Shown piece by piece: positions 6,681-12,848 of a stretch of 38,328 nt of DNA. Within the stretch, counting starts at the first letter, position 1, and each line of letters opens with the position of its first letter. The notes beneath the pieces were generated by a model. The model saw only the letters and a program-made list of their open reading frames with translations. It did not search any database and had not been told where the DNA came from. The DNA comes from a virus, in the IMG/VR virus record IMGVR_UViG_3300045988_083892, positions 1 through 38,328 of that record. One strand, 5' to 3'. The position numbers were made by a program, and so were the translations under genes.

Positions 6681-7056
6681 AAGGGTCCTCCTTTTTGGGT
6701 ATTGTCGTGATTGCGATTGATGGAGCGATGCGTAGCTAAATTAAGCCGCCGCACTGCCGAGCCTATCTATGCCATGCCGTGGCCTCGCCGAGCCGAGCTA
6801 TTCCGTTGCATTTCCTTGCCTCTGTGCATTGCCTTTGCTAAGCGTTTCTCCGCTTTGCCTTTGCTGTTACCAGCATCGCATAGCATTGCCGTGGCCAATC
6901 TTTGCGTTACATGGCCTTGCCGTTGCTTTGCGCCTCCTGACCTTGCCCAGCCCCTCGTTTCCGTGGCAAATCACCGCCGGGCCATGCTTTGCCGTGGCTT
7001 TTCCGAGCGCCTCACAGCGTTTCCATTGCTTAGCGCCGCGGGACTTCTCCGCTGCG
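6681..7056 (-). repeat. 376-bp ORF-free block with degenerate 9-mer repeats (GCMACGGMA on the transcribed strand)
   Basis: Read on the minus strand: GCCACGGCAAAGC, TGCCACGGAAACG, GCAACGGCAAGGC, GGCCACGGCAATGC, GCAACGGAATAGC and GGCCACGGCATGGC, at irregular 26-86 nt spacing. GCGGAGAA occurs twice. CTAAGC and CTTAGC can pair over about 190 nt. The transcribed strand is very T-poor. Confidence 0.7.
6702..6723 (-). promoter_or_regulatory. Conserved 22-nt leader motif, copy A (sense: CCATCAATCGCAATCACGACAA)
   Basis: One of five near-identical copies, each just 5' of a Shine-Dalgarno sequence. See also 7662, 9305, 12636 and 12849. Confidence 0.6.
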
Positions 7057-7650
7057 TTACTGGATCTCCTCCCAGACGAACCGGCCCTTGCCGCTGTTCC
7101 GCCACTGGCCAATGCCGGAGTACCGTCCATAGTCCAGCCATTCCCGGACGGCCTTCTCGTGATCGTCGCTGAAGCAGACCACCCGGAACTCGCAGGTAGC
7201 GCCTGCGGGGATCTCCTCACTCATGGCAAGGCTGACGCGCTCGCCCTGCGCCGTCTGTGCTCTCAGGGGGCGCTGACACTCGCCAATAGTGCCGTCAAAC
7301 TCCAGCGGGATCACGCGGGGCTCCGGGAAGATCAGCTTGTCGATCTCCTTCTTGTAAGCCTTGATCTTCTCACTGGCCGTGCCCTTGACCTTGCGGAGGC
7401 CGCCGCAGGTATCCTTGAAAAAGCCTTTGATCTGGTAGTCATACAGGAACGGGGTGCCATCCTCCATCCGGGGGAACACCGTCATGGCCTTCTCTGCCAC
7501 GACATCAGCGCCCAGCGCGGAGACTTCCTCCTCCACGGTGGCGGCATCGGGGGACTTGGAGCCAATGAACTCCCGGTAGATCTCCGGGTTGGCCGGGGAC
7601 GTGCCCAGAATTGGCTCGGTGAAGGTGAGCTTTACTTTCAGTTCTTTCAT
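7057..7650 (-). CDS. Hypothetical 197-aa protein with a RAMP-like C-terminal glycine-rich loop
   Basis: Start moved to ATG 7650 (AAGGAGA RBS). The N-terminus is MKELKVKLTFTEPILGTSP. The extreme C-terminus YSGIGQWRNSGKGRFVWEEI resembles the G.G.....G.G loop of Cas5/Cas6/Cas7-type RAMP proteins. No firm family assignment. Confidence 0.75.
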   Translation of the reverse strand: MKELKVKLTFTEPILGTSPANPEIYREFIGSKSPDAATVEEEVSALGADVVAEKAMTVFPRMEDGTPFLYDYQIKGFFKDTCGGLRKVKGTASEKIKAYKKEIDKLIFPEPRVIPLEFDGTIGECQRPLRAQTAQGERVSLAMSEEIPAGATCEFRVVCFSDDHEKAVREWLDYGRYSGIGQWRNSGKGRFVWEEIQ

Positions 7651-7661
7651 GTTGTTTCTCC

Positions 7662-7688
7662 TTTTCGTGATTGCTGATTGCAAGTTGG
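7662..7688 (-). promoter_or_regulatory. Conserved leader motif, copy B (sense: CCAACTTGCAATCAGCAATCACGAAAA)
   Basis: It contains GCAATCA twice in tandem and lies immediately 5' of the RBS of the 7650 gene. Confidence 0.5.
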
Positions 7689-7706
7689 TGTGAATTGGTG
7701 TATGTT
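7678..7706 (+). promoter_or_regulatory. Sigma-70-like promoter for the rightward membrane-protein gene
   Basis: TTGCAA (7678..7683), a 17-nt spacer, then TATGTT (7701..7706), 22 nt upstream of ATG 7728. Confidence 0.5.
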
Positions 7707-7727
7707 TGTGGGTAAGGGGGGATTGAA

Positions 7728-8042
7728 ATGAAGAAAATACTGAGCGGAATTTTAGATTTTACGGAATTTGTCCCGTTGGGATGGGTTTTGACCTGTATTG
7801 ATCTGGGGGTTGACTGGATCATAGAATTACCGGTTGAAGGTCTGTTGACCTTGGCAGCAGCAACATTTATCGCCGGAATACTTTCAACATTCGGGTCTTT
7901 TGTTGCGGCTGGCGGGAATTGGGGGAACTCCATGCCAACCGGGCACGATTTGCCCATTGGAGAGCGGATCAGAAACCTTCTGATTATGCTGGCGGTGCTT
8001 GCGTTTATCACCTATGCAATTAGGCTTGCAATGCCATCGTAA
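7728..8042 (+). CDS. Multi-pass membrane protein; lower-GC moron oriented against the early operon (possible superinfection exclusion)
   Basis: 104 aa with several hydrophobic segments (VPLGWVLTCIDLGV, LLTLAAATFIAGILSTFGSFVAA, LLIMLAVLAFITYAI) and a GGGGGGA RBS. It is visibly more AT-rich than its neighbours. Confidence 0.75.
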   Translation: MKKILSGILDFTEFVPLGWVLTCIDLGVDWIIELPVEGLLTLAAATFIAGILSTFGSFVAAGGNWGNSMPTGHDLPIGERIRNLLIMLAVLAFITYAIRLAMPS

Positions 8043-8320
8043 AAAGACTTGCGCGGGCGTTCCTGTTTTGGTAAAATAAGTGCATCCCATTAGAAAGGGG
8101 GCGAGGCCTATCAAAGCTGCGCTTAAAGCGTTTGCCAAGGCAGGCTTTTTGCCTCCCACGCCAGAACACCACCAAACCAGGTGGCGGCCGGTAGGTGGGA
8201 AAACGGAGCTGCAACCGTAAGGATGGCGCGTCAAGATAGAAGCAAGGCCATTCTTTGTCTTAAATTAGGTCAAACCAGACGTAGTTAAGTGCATTGACGC
8301 TTCTGGGAAAGCGCAGGGAG

Positions 8321-8352
8321 AATTATTCGTGGAATGGCCGCGAATAATTTTT
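8321..8352 (+). terminator. Rho-independent terminator (plus strand)
   Basis: A 12-bp stem, aattattcgtgg / ccgcgaataatt, with a 5-nt loop, followed by a T run (8348..8352). Confidence 0.7.
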
Positions 8353-8375
8353 CCGGGAAATAGTTCGATTAAATC

Positions 8376-8576
8376 TTACTTTCTGGGTATAAAAATATTG
8401 TCCATGGGGACGCCGTAAAGATCGCAGAGGGAAAGCAGCTTGTCCGCCGGGGGAAATCGCTTGCCGATCTCCCAATTATAAATCGTGCGGCTGCTGACCC
8501 CAATGGATCTTGCGGCGTCTGCCTGCTTCATTCCACGGTTTACGCGGGCGGCGCGGAGGGTAACTTGAAAGCTCAT
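8376..8576 (-). CDS. Cro-like XRE-family HTH regulator (first gene of the leftward early arm)
   Basis: Start moved to ATG 8576 (AAAGGAG RBS). The HTH is RGMKQADAARSIGVSSRTIYNWEIGKRFP. It is 66 aa and divergent from the cI-like gene. Confidence 0.85.
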   Translation of the reverse strand: MSFQVTLRAARVNRGMKQADAARSIGVSSRTIYNWEIGKRFPPADKLLSLCDLYGVPMDNIFIPRK

Positions 8577-8612
8577 AGCGCGAACTCCTTTCGTTCGATT
8601 TAATCTAACATT

Positions 8613-8641
8613 ATAATACCACCGGCGAAAAGGGATGTCAA
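8613..8641 (-). promoter_or_regulatory. Leftward early promoter
   Basis: On the minus strand: TTGACA (8641..8636), a 17-nt spacer, then TATTAT (8618..8613), with TATAAT also overlapping. Confidence 0.65.
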
Positions 8642-8673
8642 GCAAAAAGTTAGGTTAAAACGAAAAAAAGTTC

Positions 8674-8702
8674 TTGCAATTCGATTTAAAATGACTTACA
8701 AT
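8674..8702 (+). promoter_or_regulatory. Rightward repressor promoter
   Basis: TTGCAA (8674..8679), a 17-nt spacer, then TACAAT (8697..8702). The -10 covers ATG 8701, so the repressor most likely starts at ATG 8731. Confidence 0.6.
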
Positions 8703-8730
8703 GGATTTAACAAAAAAGGGGGTGAAACCA

Positions 8731-9078
8731 ATGGGGCAAGAAGAAATCTGTGCAGTTTTTGCGCGGAATCTAAATAAATTGATGGTCCGGGAAAACCTGA
8801 AGCAAAGCGATCTCGTATTAAAATTGAGCGTGTCGAAAGCGCAGGTATCAGATTGGTGCGCCGGGAAGAACATTCCCAGATCGAACTATCTGGCCGCGCT
8901 GGTAGACCTGTTCGGCTGTCAGCTTTCAGAACTCATGAGCGAAAAACAGCCCGCCCCCACGGATGAGGGCGAGCTGAGCGAAGAGGATAAAAAGCTGCTC
9001 ATGATGATCCACAATCTTTCTCCGGAGAATCGGGCGCGGATCGTTGCGATAATAGAAGCTCTTGCAGGGCTTGAATAG
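8731..9078 (+). CDS. cI-like XRE-family repressor (HTH plus short C-terminal helical tail)
   Basis: Start set to ATG 8731 behind AAGGGGGTGA. The HTH is LKQSDLVLKLSVSKAQVSDWCAGKNIP. An acidic linker follows, then LLMMIHNLSPENRARIVAIIEALAGLE. Confidence 0.85.
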   Translation: MGQEEICAVFARNLNKLMVRENLKQSDLVLKLSVSKAQVSDWCAGKNIPRSNYLAALVDLFGCQLSELMSEKQPAPTDEGELSEEDKKLLMMIHNLSPENRARIVAIIEALAGLE

Positions 9079-9139
9079 CAAGCGCCTGCTTTTCAGGGGA
9101 CAGGGAACGCAATGCCAACAGGATTTCAAGGTCTGTCAT
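8999..9139 (-). CDS. Candidate 46-aa ORF convergent with, and 3'-overlapping, the repressor gene; it resembles the repressor C-terminal tail
   Basis: ATG 9139 lies 6 nt after AAAGGAG. The peptide is MTDLEILLALRSLSPEKQALAIQALQELLLSQRSAPDSPEKDCGSS. Its last 26 codons are antisense to the repressor 3' end, so it may be spurious. Confidence 0.3.
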   Translation of the reverse strand: MTDLEILLALRSLSPEKQALAIQALQELLLSQRSAPDSPEKDCGSS

Positions 9140-9162
9140 GGGATGCTCCTTTCTATTTGAAA

Positions 9163-9189
9163 CCCCGGCCCGCCGAAGCGGGACCGGGG
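9163..9189. other. GC-rich stem-loop
   Basis: ccccggcccgc cgaa gcggg(a)ccgggg: an 11-bp stem with one bulge and a tetraloop (UUCG when read on the minus strand). Confidence 0.6.
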
Positions 9190-9256
9190 AAAGGGGAGGG
9201 GCCTGAGGATAGAATAGCACAGCGGCGGAATGGATTTGAGGACATTTTGTCGTAAG

Positions 9257-9296
9257 AAAATAAAAAGCCGTCTGAGTGTTCCAGCACTCAGACGGC
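9257..9296 (-). terminator. Rho-independent terminator (minus strand) facing the integrase gene
   Basis: A perfect 12-bp stem, gccgtctgagtg / cactcagacggc, with a 6-nt loop. On the minus strand it is followed by TTTTTATTTT. Confidence 0.7.
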
Positions 9297-9304
9297 AGAT
9301 GATA

Positions 9305-9326
9305 CCACCAATCGCAATCACGACAA
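9305..9326 (+). promoter_or_regulatory. Conserved 22-nt leader motif, copy E (CCACCAATCGCAATCACGACAA), the only plus-strand copy, upstream of int
   Basis: It matches copy A at 21 of 22 positions. It is followed by AAAGGAGGA and lies 68 nt before the int ATG. Confidence 0.6.
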
Positions 9327-9393
9327 AGCCAAAGGAGGATCAACCACAGTATAGCACGATCCCCCTGGCGATGCAACAGGAGGAAAGGCAAAA

Positions 9394-10476
9394 ATGGCAA
9401 AGAAAAGCAAATATGGCGTCCGAAAGGACGGGCTGCACGAGGCAATCCGCACTATCAACGGCAAGCGGGTGGCCTTTCGCGGCAAGACAGATCGAGAGAT
9501 CGACCGCAAAATCTTAGAGTACCAGATGGAGGCGGAGAAGGGCCGGAATTTCCCGGTGATCGCGGATGAATGGGAGCGGGAACACGAGAGCGAGATCTCC
9601 GAATCATCCCGGCGGGTATACAGCTACGCTGTGAAGCGTCTGAAAAAGGCGTTTCCGGGCAGGGCGTCGGAGATCGAGCCGGTAGACGTGCGAAACTACA
9701 TCAAGCGCTTTGAGGCGCAAGGGCGCAGTGCCAACAGCGTCGGCATTGAGCTGGCGGTCTGCCGGATGATTTTTGCCCACGCGGTCATCCAGGGAGACAT
9801 TCGGATCAATCCGGCGGCGGAGGTGAAAAAAAGCCGGGGCCTGCCCTGCAAAAAGCGGGAGGCACTGACGGAGGAACAGGAGGAGGCCGTGAAAGCGGCG
9901 GGTCTGACAAAGGCGGGCCGCTGGTGGCTGTTTGGCTATCTGCTGCTTTACACCGGATGCCGCCGGGGTGAGGCGTTGGCGCTGACCTACAAGGACATTG
10001 ACCGCCGCGCCGGTGTGATACACGTCAACAAAAAGGTCAGCTACGCCACCGGCAAGCCGGTGCTCGAAAATCACCTGAAGTCGGAGAACGGTCTGCGGGA
10101 CATTCCCCTGCTGCCCCCTCTGGCGGACGCATTGCCGAAAAACCGGATCGGGCTGCTGTTCCCCGGTGACGATGGGGGCTATATGCGGCCCCACGAGATC
10201 ACGCGGGAGTGGCGGCACTACTGCCGGGGCGTTGGCCTGAATGAGATCCAGCAGGGCGAAAACGGCGAGACGTTGGAGACGTTCCCTATCACGCCGCACT
10301 GCTTCAGGCACAGCTTTGCAACGATCTGCTATGAGGCGGGGCTTGATCCAAGACAGGCGGCTGGCCTGCTGGGCGATACGCCGGAGGTGGTGGAAGCGGT
10401 TTACACCCATCTGCGGCAGGACCGAAAGCAGACGGCAGCCGAAAAGCTGACGGCGTATTTTGAAGCTGTAAAGTAA
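9394..10476 (+). CDS. int: Tyrosine recombinase / phage integrase
   Basis: 360 aa. Catalytic-region motifs are TGCRRGEALAL, HCFRHSFAT and LLGDTPEVVEAVYTHL (the R...HxxR...Y pattern). It has an N-terminal SAM-like core-binding region and an AGGAGGAAAGG RBS. Confidence 0.92.
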   Translation: MAKKSKYGVRKDGLHEAIRTINGKRVAFRGKTDREIDRKILEYQMEAEKGRNFPVIADEWEREHESEISESSRRVYSYAVKRLKKAFPGRASEIEPVDVRNYIKRFEAQGRSANSVGIELAVCRMIFAHAVIQGDIRINPAAEVKKSRGLPCKKREALTEEQEEAVKAAGLTKAGRWWLFGYLLLYTGCRRGEALALTYKDIDRRAGVIHVNKKVSYATGKPVLENHLKSENGLRDIPLLPPLADALPKNRIGLLFPGDDGGYMRPHEITREWRHYCRGVGLNEIQQGENGETLETFPITPHCFRHSFATICYEAGLDPRQAAGLLGDTPEVVEAVYTHLRQDRKQTAAEKLTAYFEAVK

Positions 10477-10518
10477 AAGCACTTTCGTGTGTATCTTTAT
10501 GGAAGAAAATGGAAGCAA

Positions 10519-10739
10519 ACTGTGAACTTACTGTGAAGGTCGGGGCATGATTTATGCAACATCGTGTGACACTATCAGGCAAAGGCTAAAGAAGCCGAAG
10601 GCGTTGAAAATAAAGGCTTTGATGGCGCACAGTGTCAACGAGTGGAATTTAGAGAAAATCGTGAAAATTTAATACTTTTATAACACTTTTTGAGGAATGG
10701 CAAGGGATTGGCGGCTATACTGTGAATGTTCTGTGAAGC
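10519..10739. repeat. Candidate attP: two 21-bp modules, each carrying a CTGTGAA pair (arm-type integrase sites)
   Basis: actgtgaacttactgtgaagg at 10519..10539 and actgtgaatgttctgtgaagc at 10719..10739, in the same orientation and 200 bp apart. They flank an AT-richer ORF-free stretch directly downstream of int. Confidence 0.55.
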
Positions 10740-10755
10740 GCAGAGAAAATGGCAT

Positions 10756-10798
10756 AAAAAATCAGCGGCTCGGATGGCTCCGGGCCGCTGATCTTTTT
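10756..10798. terminator. Bidirectional rho-independent terminator
   Basis: aaaaa ATCAGCGGCtCGGAtggcTCCGgGCCGCTGAT ctttttcgg. A long interrupted stem is flanked by an A-run and a T-run. It sits between the attP region and the end of the leftward accessory operon. Confidence 0.8.
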
Positions 10799-10804
10799 CG
10801 GCTG

Positions 10805-11212
10805 TCATATGCTCAACATGGCGGCACCGTTAACGATGATCTGTGCCTCATCTGGGTGGACATCATTCCATGCATCCTTGAACGTCCACGCGTTGAAACG
10901 GAAATCCGGCAGACTGGGAAAGGGAATCAGCTCGCCCAACTCGCTTAGCACGTTACACACGGCCAGCGCGGACGCGCGGGAGATCGGGAGAAAATACAAG
11001 CGCTGGATCTCGCGCATGATGGCGTTGTGTGCGTCCTGTTCCGGGGTGGTGGACATTAGTGGGGTCGGAAATGCAAGGGTGTCCGCCTCCGGCTCTGCAT
11101 GCTTGCGCTCCACCTCCGCCACGATGTCGGCAGTGTTTCCGCCCAGCATATACAGGTAGCCACTCGCAGCGGCACCATATTGGGCCTTGTAGCTGTCCAT
11201 CAGATTAGCCAT
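10805..11212 (-). CDS. Hypothetical protein
   Basis: 135-aa ORF whose start overlaps the upstream stop by 8 nt. No recognisable motif. Confidence 0.7.
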   Translation of the reverse strand: MANLMDSYKAQYGAAASGYLYMLGGNTADIVAEVERKHAEPEADTLAFPTPLMSTTPEQDAHNAIMREIQRLYFLPISRASALAVCNVLSELGELIPFPSLPDFRFNAWTFKDAWNDVHPDEAQIIVNGAAMLSI

Positions 11213-11387
11213 TGTTCCGGGTCTCCTCTCTGTGATCTCTCAAGTATTTTTCGGCCTGCTCCGCCATGTGGGAGCAGCGCCAGCCCTCCGGGGTGGTTAG
11301 CCCGCAGTTGCCGCAGTTACCGCAGCGGCGGTACTCGCCCAGGATTGCGGCGGCGTGGGCCGCGTCTCGGATATAGTAGTTTGCCAT
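11205..11387 (-). CDS. Small Cys-rich hypothetical protein
   Basis: Start moved to ATG 11387 behind GGAGAAAGGA. It contains RRCGNCGNCG...WRC and is 60 aa. Confidence 0.6.
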   Translation of the reverse strand: MANYYIRDAAHAAAILGEYRRCGNCGNCGLTTPEGWRCSHMAEQAEKYLRDHREETRNNG

Positions 11388-11454
11388 GGCGTTCAGTCCT
11401 TTCTCCGGCGGGGGCCGGTCTGTAAGTTGATGGTAACATGGTCCGCGCGACTTG

Positions 11455-11910
11455 TCAACGCTCCCAGCTGCGCTTGTCGGTGTCCTGCATGGTCTCAATG
11501 CCGGGGCGCTGGTGCTTCAGCTCGGCGAACCGGGCAAAGGCTTTCCGGCGCTCTGTGCCGAAATATTTCTCGTCCAAAACGCGCTCCGTGGTGCCGTCCT
11601 CATAAGTGCGGACGATCCGCACAAAGTAGATCACCGGCTTACCCCTGTAACCGGGGTCCCGGGTCAGCTCCAGCCGGTCACGGTATGCGGCAGTCGCAAG
11701 GGCGGCGTATCGCTCCGCCAGGGCTGCGCGGTACTCGGCCAGCTGGTCGATCAGCGCGTGGCACTGGGCAATGACCCGGGCGGCGCTGTCATCGTTGGCC
11801 TTGATGCGGTCGGCGGTCAGGACGTCGGGCCGAAGCAGATAGGCGGTCAGCCGGATTTCAGCCTCGCGGCTGGGGTTGCCGTAGCGCTGGAATAGATCAA
11901 GATAGCTCAT
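11455..11910 (-). CDS. Hypothetical protein
   Basis: Start moved to ATG 11910 (GAGGAGG RBS; ATGA overlap with the upstream gene). 151 aa, helical and Arg/Ala-rich. Confidence 0.7.
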   Translation of the reverse strand: MSYLDLFQRYGNPSREAEIRLTAYLLRPDVLTADRIKANDDSAARVIAQCHALIDQLAEYRAALAERYAALATAAYRDRLELTRDPGYRGKPVIYFVRIVRTYEDGTTERVLDEKYFGTERRKAFARFAELKHQRPGIETMQDTDKRSWER

Positions 11911-12074
11911 TGGGTAGCCTCCTCGCAGCTGGTGACGGTCCAATAGGCGATCCCGTCGGGGCTATGCTCGTCACTTCCCCACCCGATTACCGTTCCGGCG
12001 GGGATGGGGTCGAAAGCTAAAATGGCTTCATGCCGGGAAGTGCGTGTATTTTCGAGGCGGATTAAATATTTCAT
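11907..12074 (-). CDS. Small hypothetical protein
   Basis: Start moved to ATG 12074 behind AAGGAGA. 55 aa, beginning MKYLIRLEN. Confidence 0.6.
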   Translation of the reverse strand: MKYLIRLENTRTSRHEAILAFDPIPAGTVIGWGSDEHSPDGIAYWTVTSCEEATQ

Positions 12075-12109
12075 GTTCGATTCTCCTTTTAGTGGGTGGC
12101 GCGCCCCGG

Positions 12110-12613
12110 TCAAGCCGGGAGCGCATCGGAGGTGGCAGCGGAGCGGGCAAAGGTGGTGCTGCCGTACTTACTGCGGATCTCTGCCATGGTCTTGGTGCCC
12201 TTGTGCCAGCGCTGGCCTTCCTCGGCGAAATGCCAACTCCATAGCTTCTTAGTGGAGGACCAGCGGCACCCGGCAGCCTTCAGGGCTTCCTTGTGCTCCT
12301 TGGTGTTGCCGCCGATCCAGAGCCAGCGGCCGCACAACTCAATTTCGAGGCCGTCCAGCTTCAGCAGGGCCGCGATGATAGCAATGAAATCGCCGGCGCT
12401 CTCGGTGGTGGCGTGGGTCCGTCCGGTGGTGTCCTCGGCGGCCTGCTCGTTCTGGCTGCGCTTCAGGACTTCAAACCGGGCGGAATACTCGGCGTTGATG
12501 GCCTGCATGGTGGCGGTGTCTCCGCCCATGTCGGGGTGGTTCTTCATGGCGGCGGCCTTGTAAGCCTTCTTCAGTTCGTCGAGGTTGCGGCAGTTGATAA
12601 AGTAAGTAGTCAT
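12110..12613 (-). CDS. J-domain (DnaJ-like) protein with a W-rich C-terminal domain
   Basis: LDELKKAYKAAAMKNHPDMGGDTATMQAINAEYSARFEVLK is a canonical J domain with an HPD motif. The C-terminus has WLWIGGNTKEHKEALKAAGCRWSSTKKLWSWH. It has a TAGGAGGA RBS. Confidence 0.85.
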   Translation of the reverse strand: MTTYFINCRNLDELKKAYKAAAMKNHPDMGGDTATMQAINAEYSARFEVLKRSQNEQAAEDTTGRTHATTESAGDFIAIIAALLKLDGLEIELCGRWLWIGGNTKEHKEALKAAGCRWSSTKKLWSWHFAEEGQRWHKGTKTMAEIRSKYGSTTFARSAATSDALPA

Positions 12614-12635
12614 TTTGTGATCCTCCTAAAAATTT

Positions 12636-12657
12636 TTGTCGTGATTGCGGTTGGTGG
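12636..12657 (-). promoter_or_regulatory. Conserved 22-nt leader motif, copy C (sense: CCACCAACCGCAATCACGACAA)
   Basis: It lies between the stop of the 51-aa ORF and the RBS of the J-domain gene. Confidence 0.6.
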
Positions 12658-12658
12658 G

Positions 12659-12814
12659 TTAGCGGGTGGGGCGAGAACCTTCGGCATCCTGCTCCCAGAT
12701 CTCGACGGTGTAACCGCGTTGCTTGAGCTGTTGTGCGAGGGCCTGCGCTGCATCAATGGTGCTGCGGTAGCTGATGGCGGGGTTAGTCTTGCAATAGATA
12801 ATCATGTATTTCAT
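12659..12814 (-). CDS. 51-aa hypothetical protein (below the ORF-track cut-off)
   Basis: Hand translation gives MKYMIIYCKTNPAISYRSTIDAAQALAQQLKQRGYTVEIWEQDAEGSRPTR. It is the first ORF after the leftward promoter and has a GGAAAGGA RBS. Confidence 0.5.
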   Translation of the reverse strand: MKYMIIYCKTNPAISYRSTIDAAQALAQQLKQRGYTVEIWEQDAEGSRPTR

Positions 12815-12848
12815 GGTGTTGTCCTTTCCGGCCTGTCGGCCTGTGGCG

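Larger units (their letters stand above)
8363..8692. repeat. Three copies of the putative operator box GTTCGATT(T)AAATC
   Basis: gttcgattaaatc at 8363..8375, gttcgatttaatc at 8593..8605, and attcgatttaaaat at 8679..8692. Two lie within the divergent promoter region and overlap the promoters. The third abuts the cro-like stop codon. Confidence 0.6.

Noticed and set aside
6681-7056. A CRISPR-like array or a CsrA-sponge-like RNA, suggested by the many GGA motifs.
   Set aside because: The repeats are only 9 nt long, degenerate and irregularly spaced (26-86 nt), so this is not a CRISPR array. The GGA count (about 9-10) is at or below what this G/A-rich composition predicts by chance, roughly 13 on my rough estimate.
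6711-7677. Plus-strand ORFs 6711..7172 and 6769..7677, and minus-strand ORF 6867..7220, covering the 376-bp repeat block.
   Set aside because: They run antisense to, or out of frame with, the well-supported 7057..7650 gene. They lack RBSs, and their peptide repeats only reflect the nucleotide repeats.
7884-8234. 116-aa minus-strand ORF (TTG start) and 64-aa ORF 8020..8214 in the region downstream of the cro-like gene.
   Set aside because: The first overlaps the better-supported plus-strand membrane-protein gene. Both lack an RBS and have implausible composition.
8701-8730. Leaderless start of the repressor at ATG 8701, as in the ORF track.
   Set aside because: The predicted -10 hexamer (8697..8702) covers this ATG, so transcription should begin downstream of it. 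ATG 8731 has a good AAGGGGGTGA RBS.
8999-9445. The full 148-aa minus-strand ORF and ORF 9136..9321 between the repressor and int.
   Set aside because: They run through two strong hairpins and a terminator and have no RBS. Only the 46-aa distal part, with its own RBS, was retained as a low-confidence candidate.
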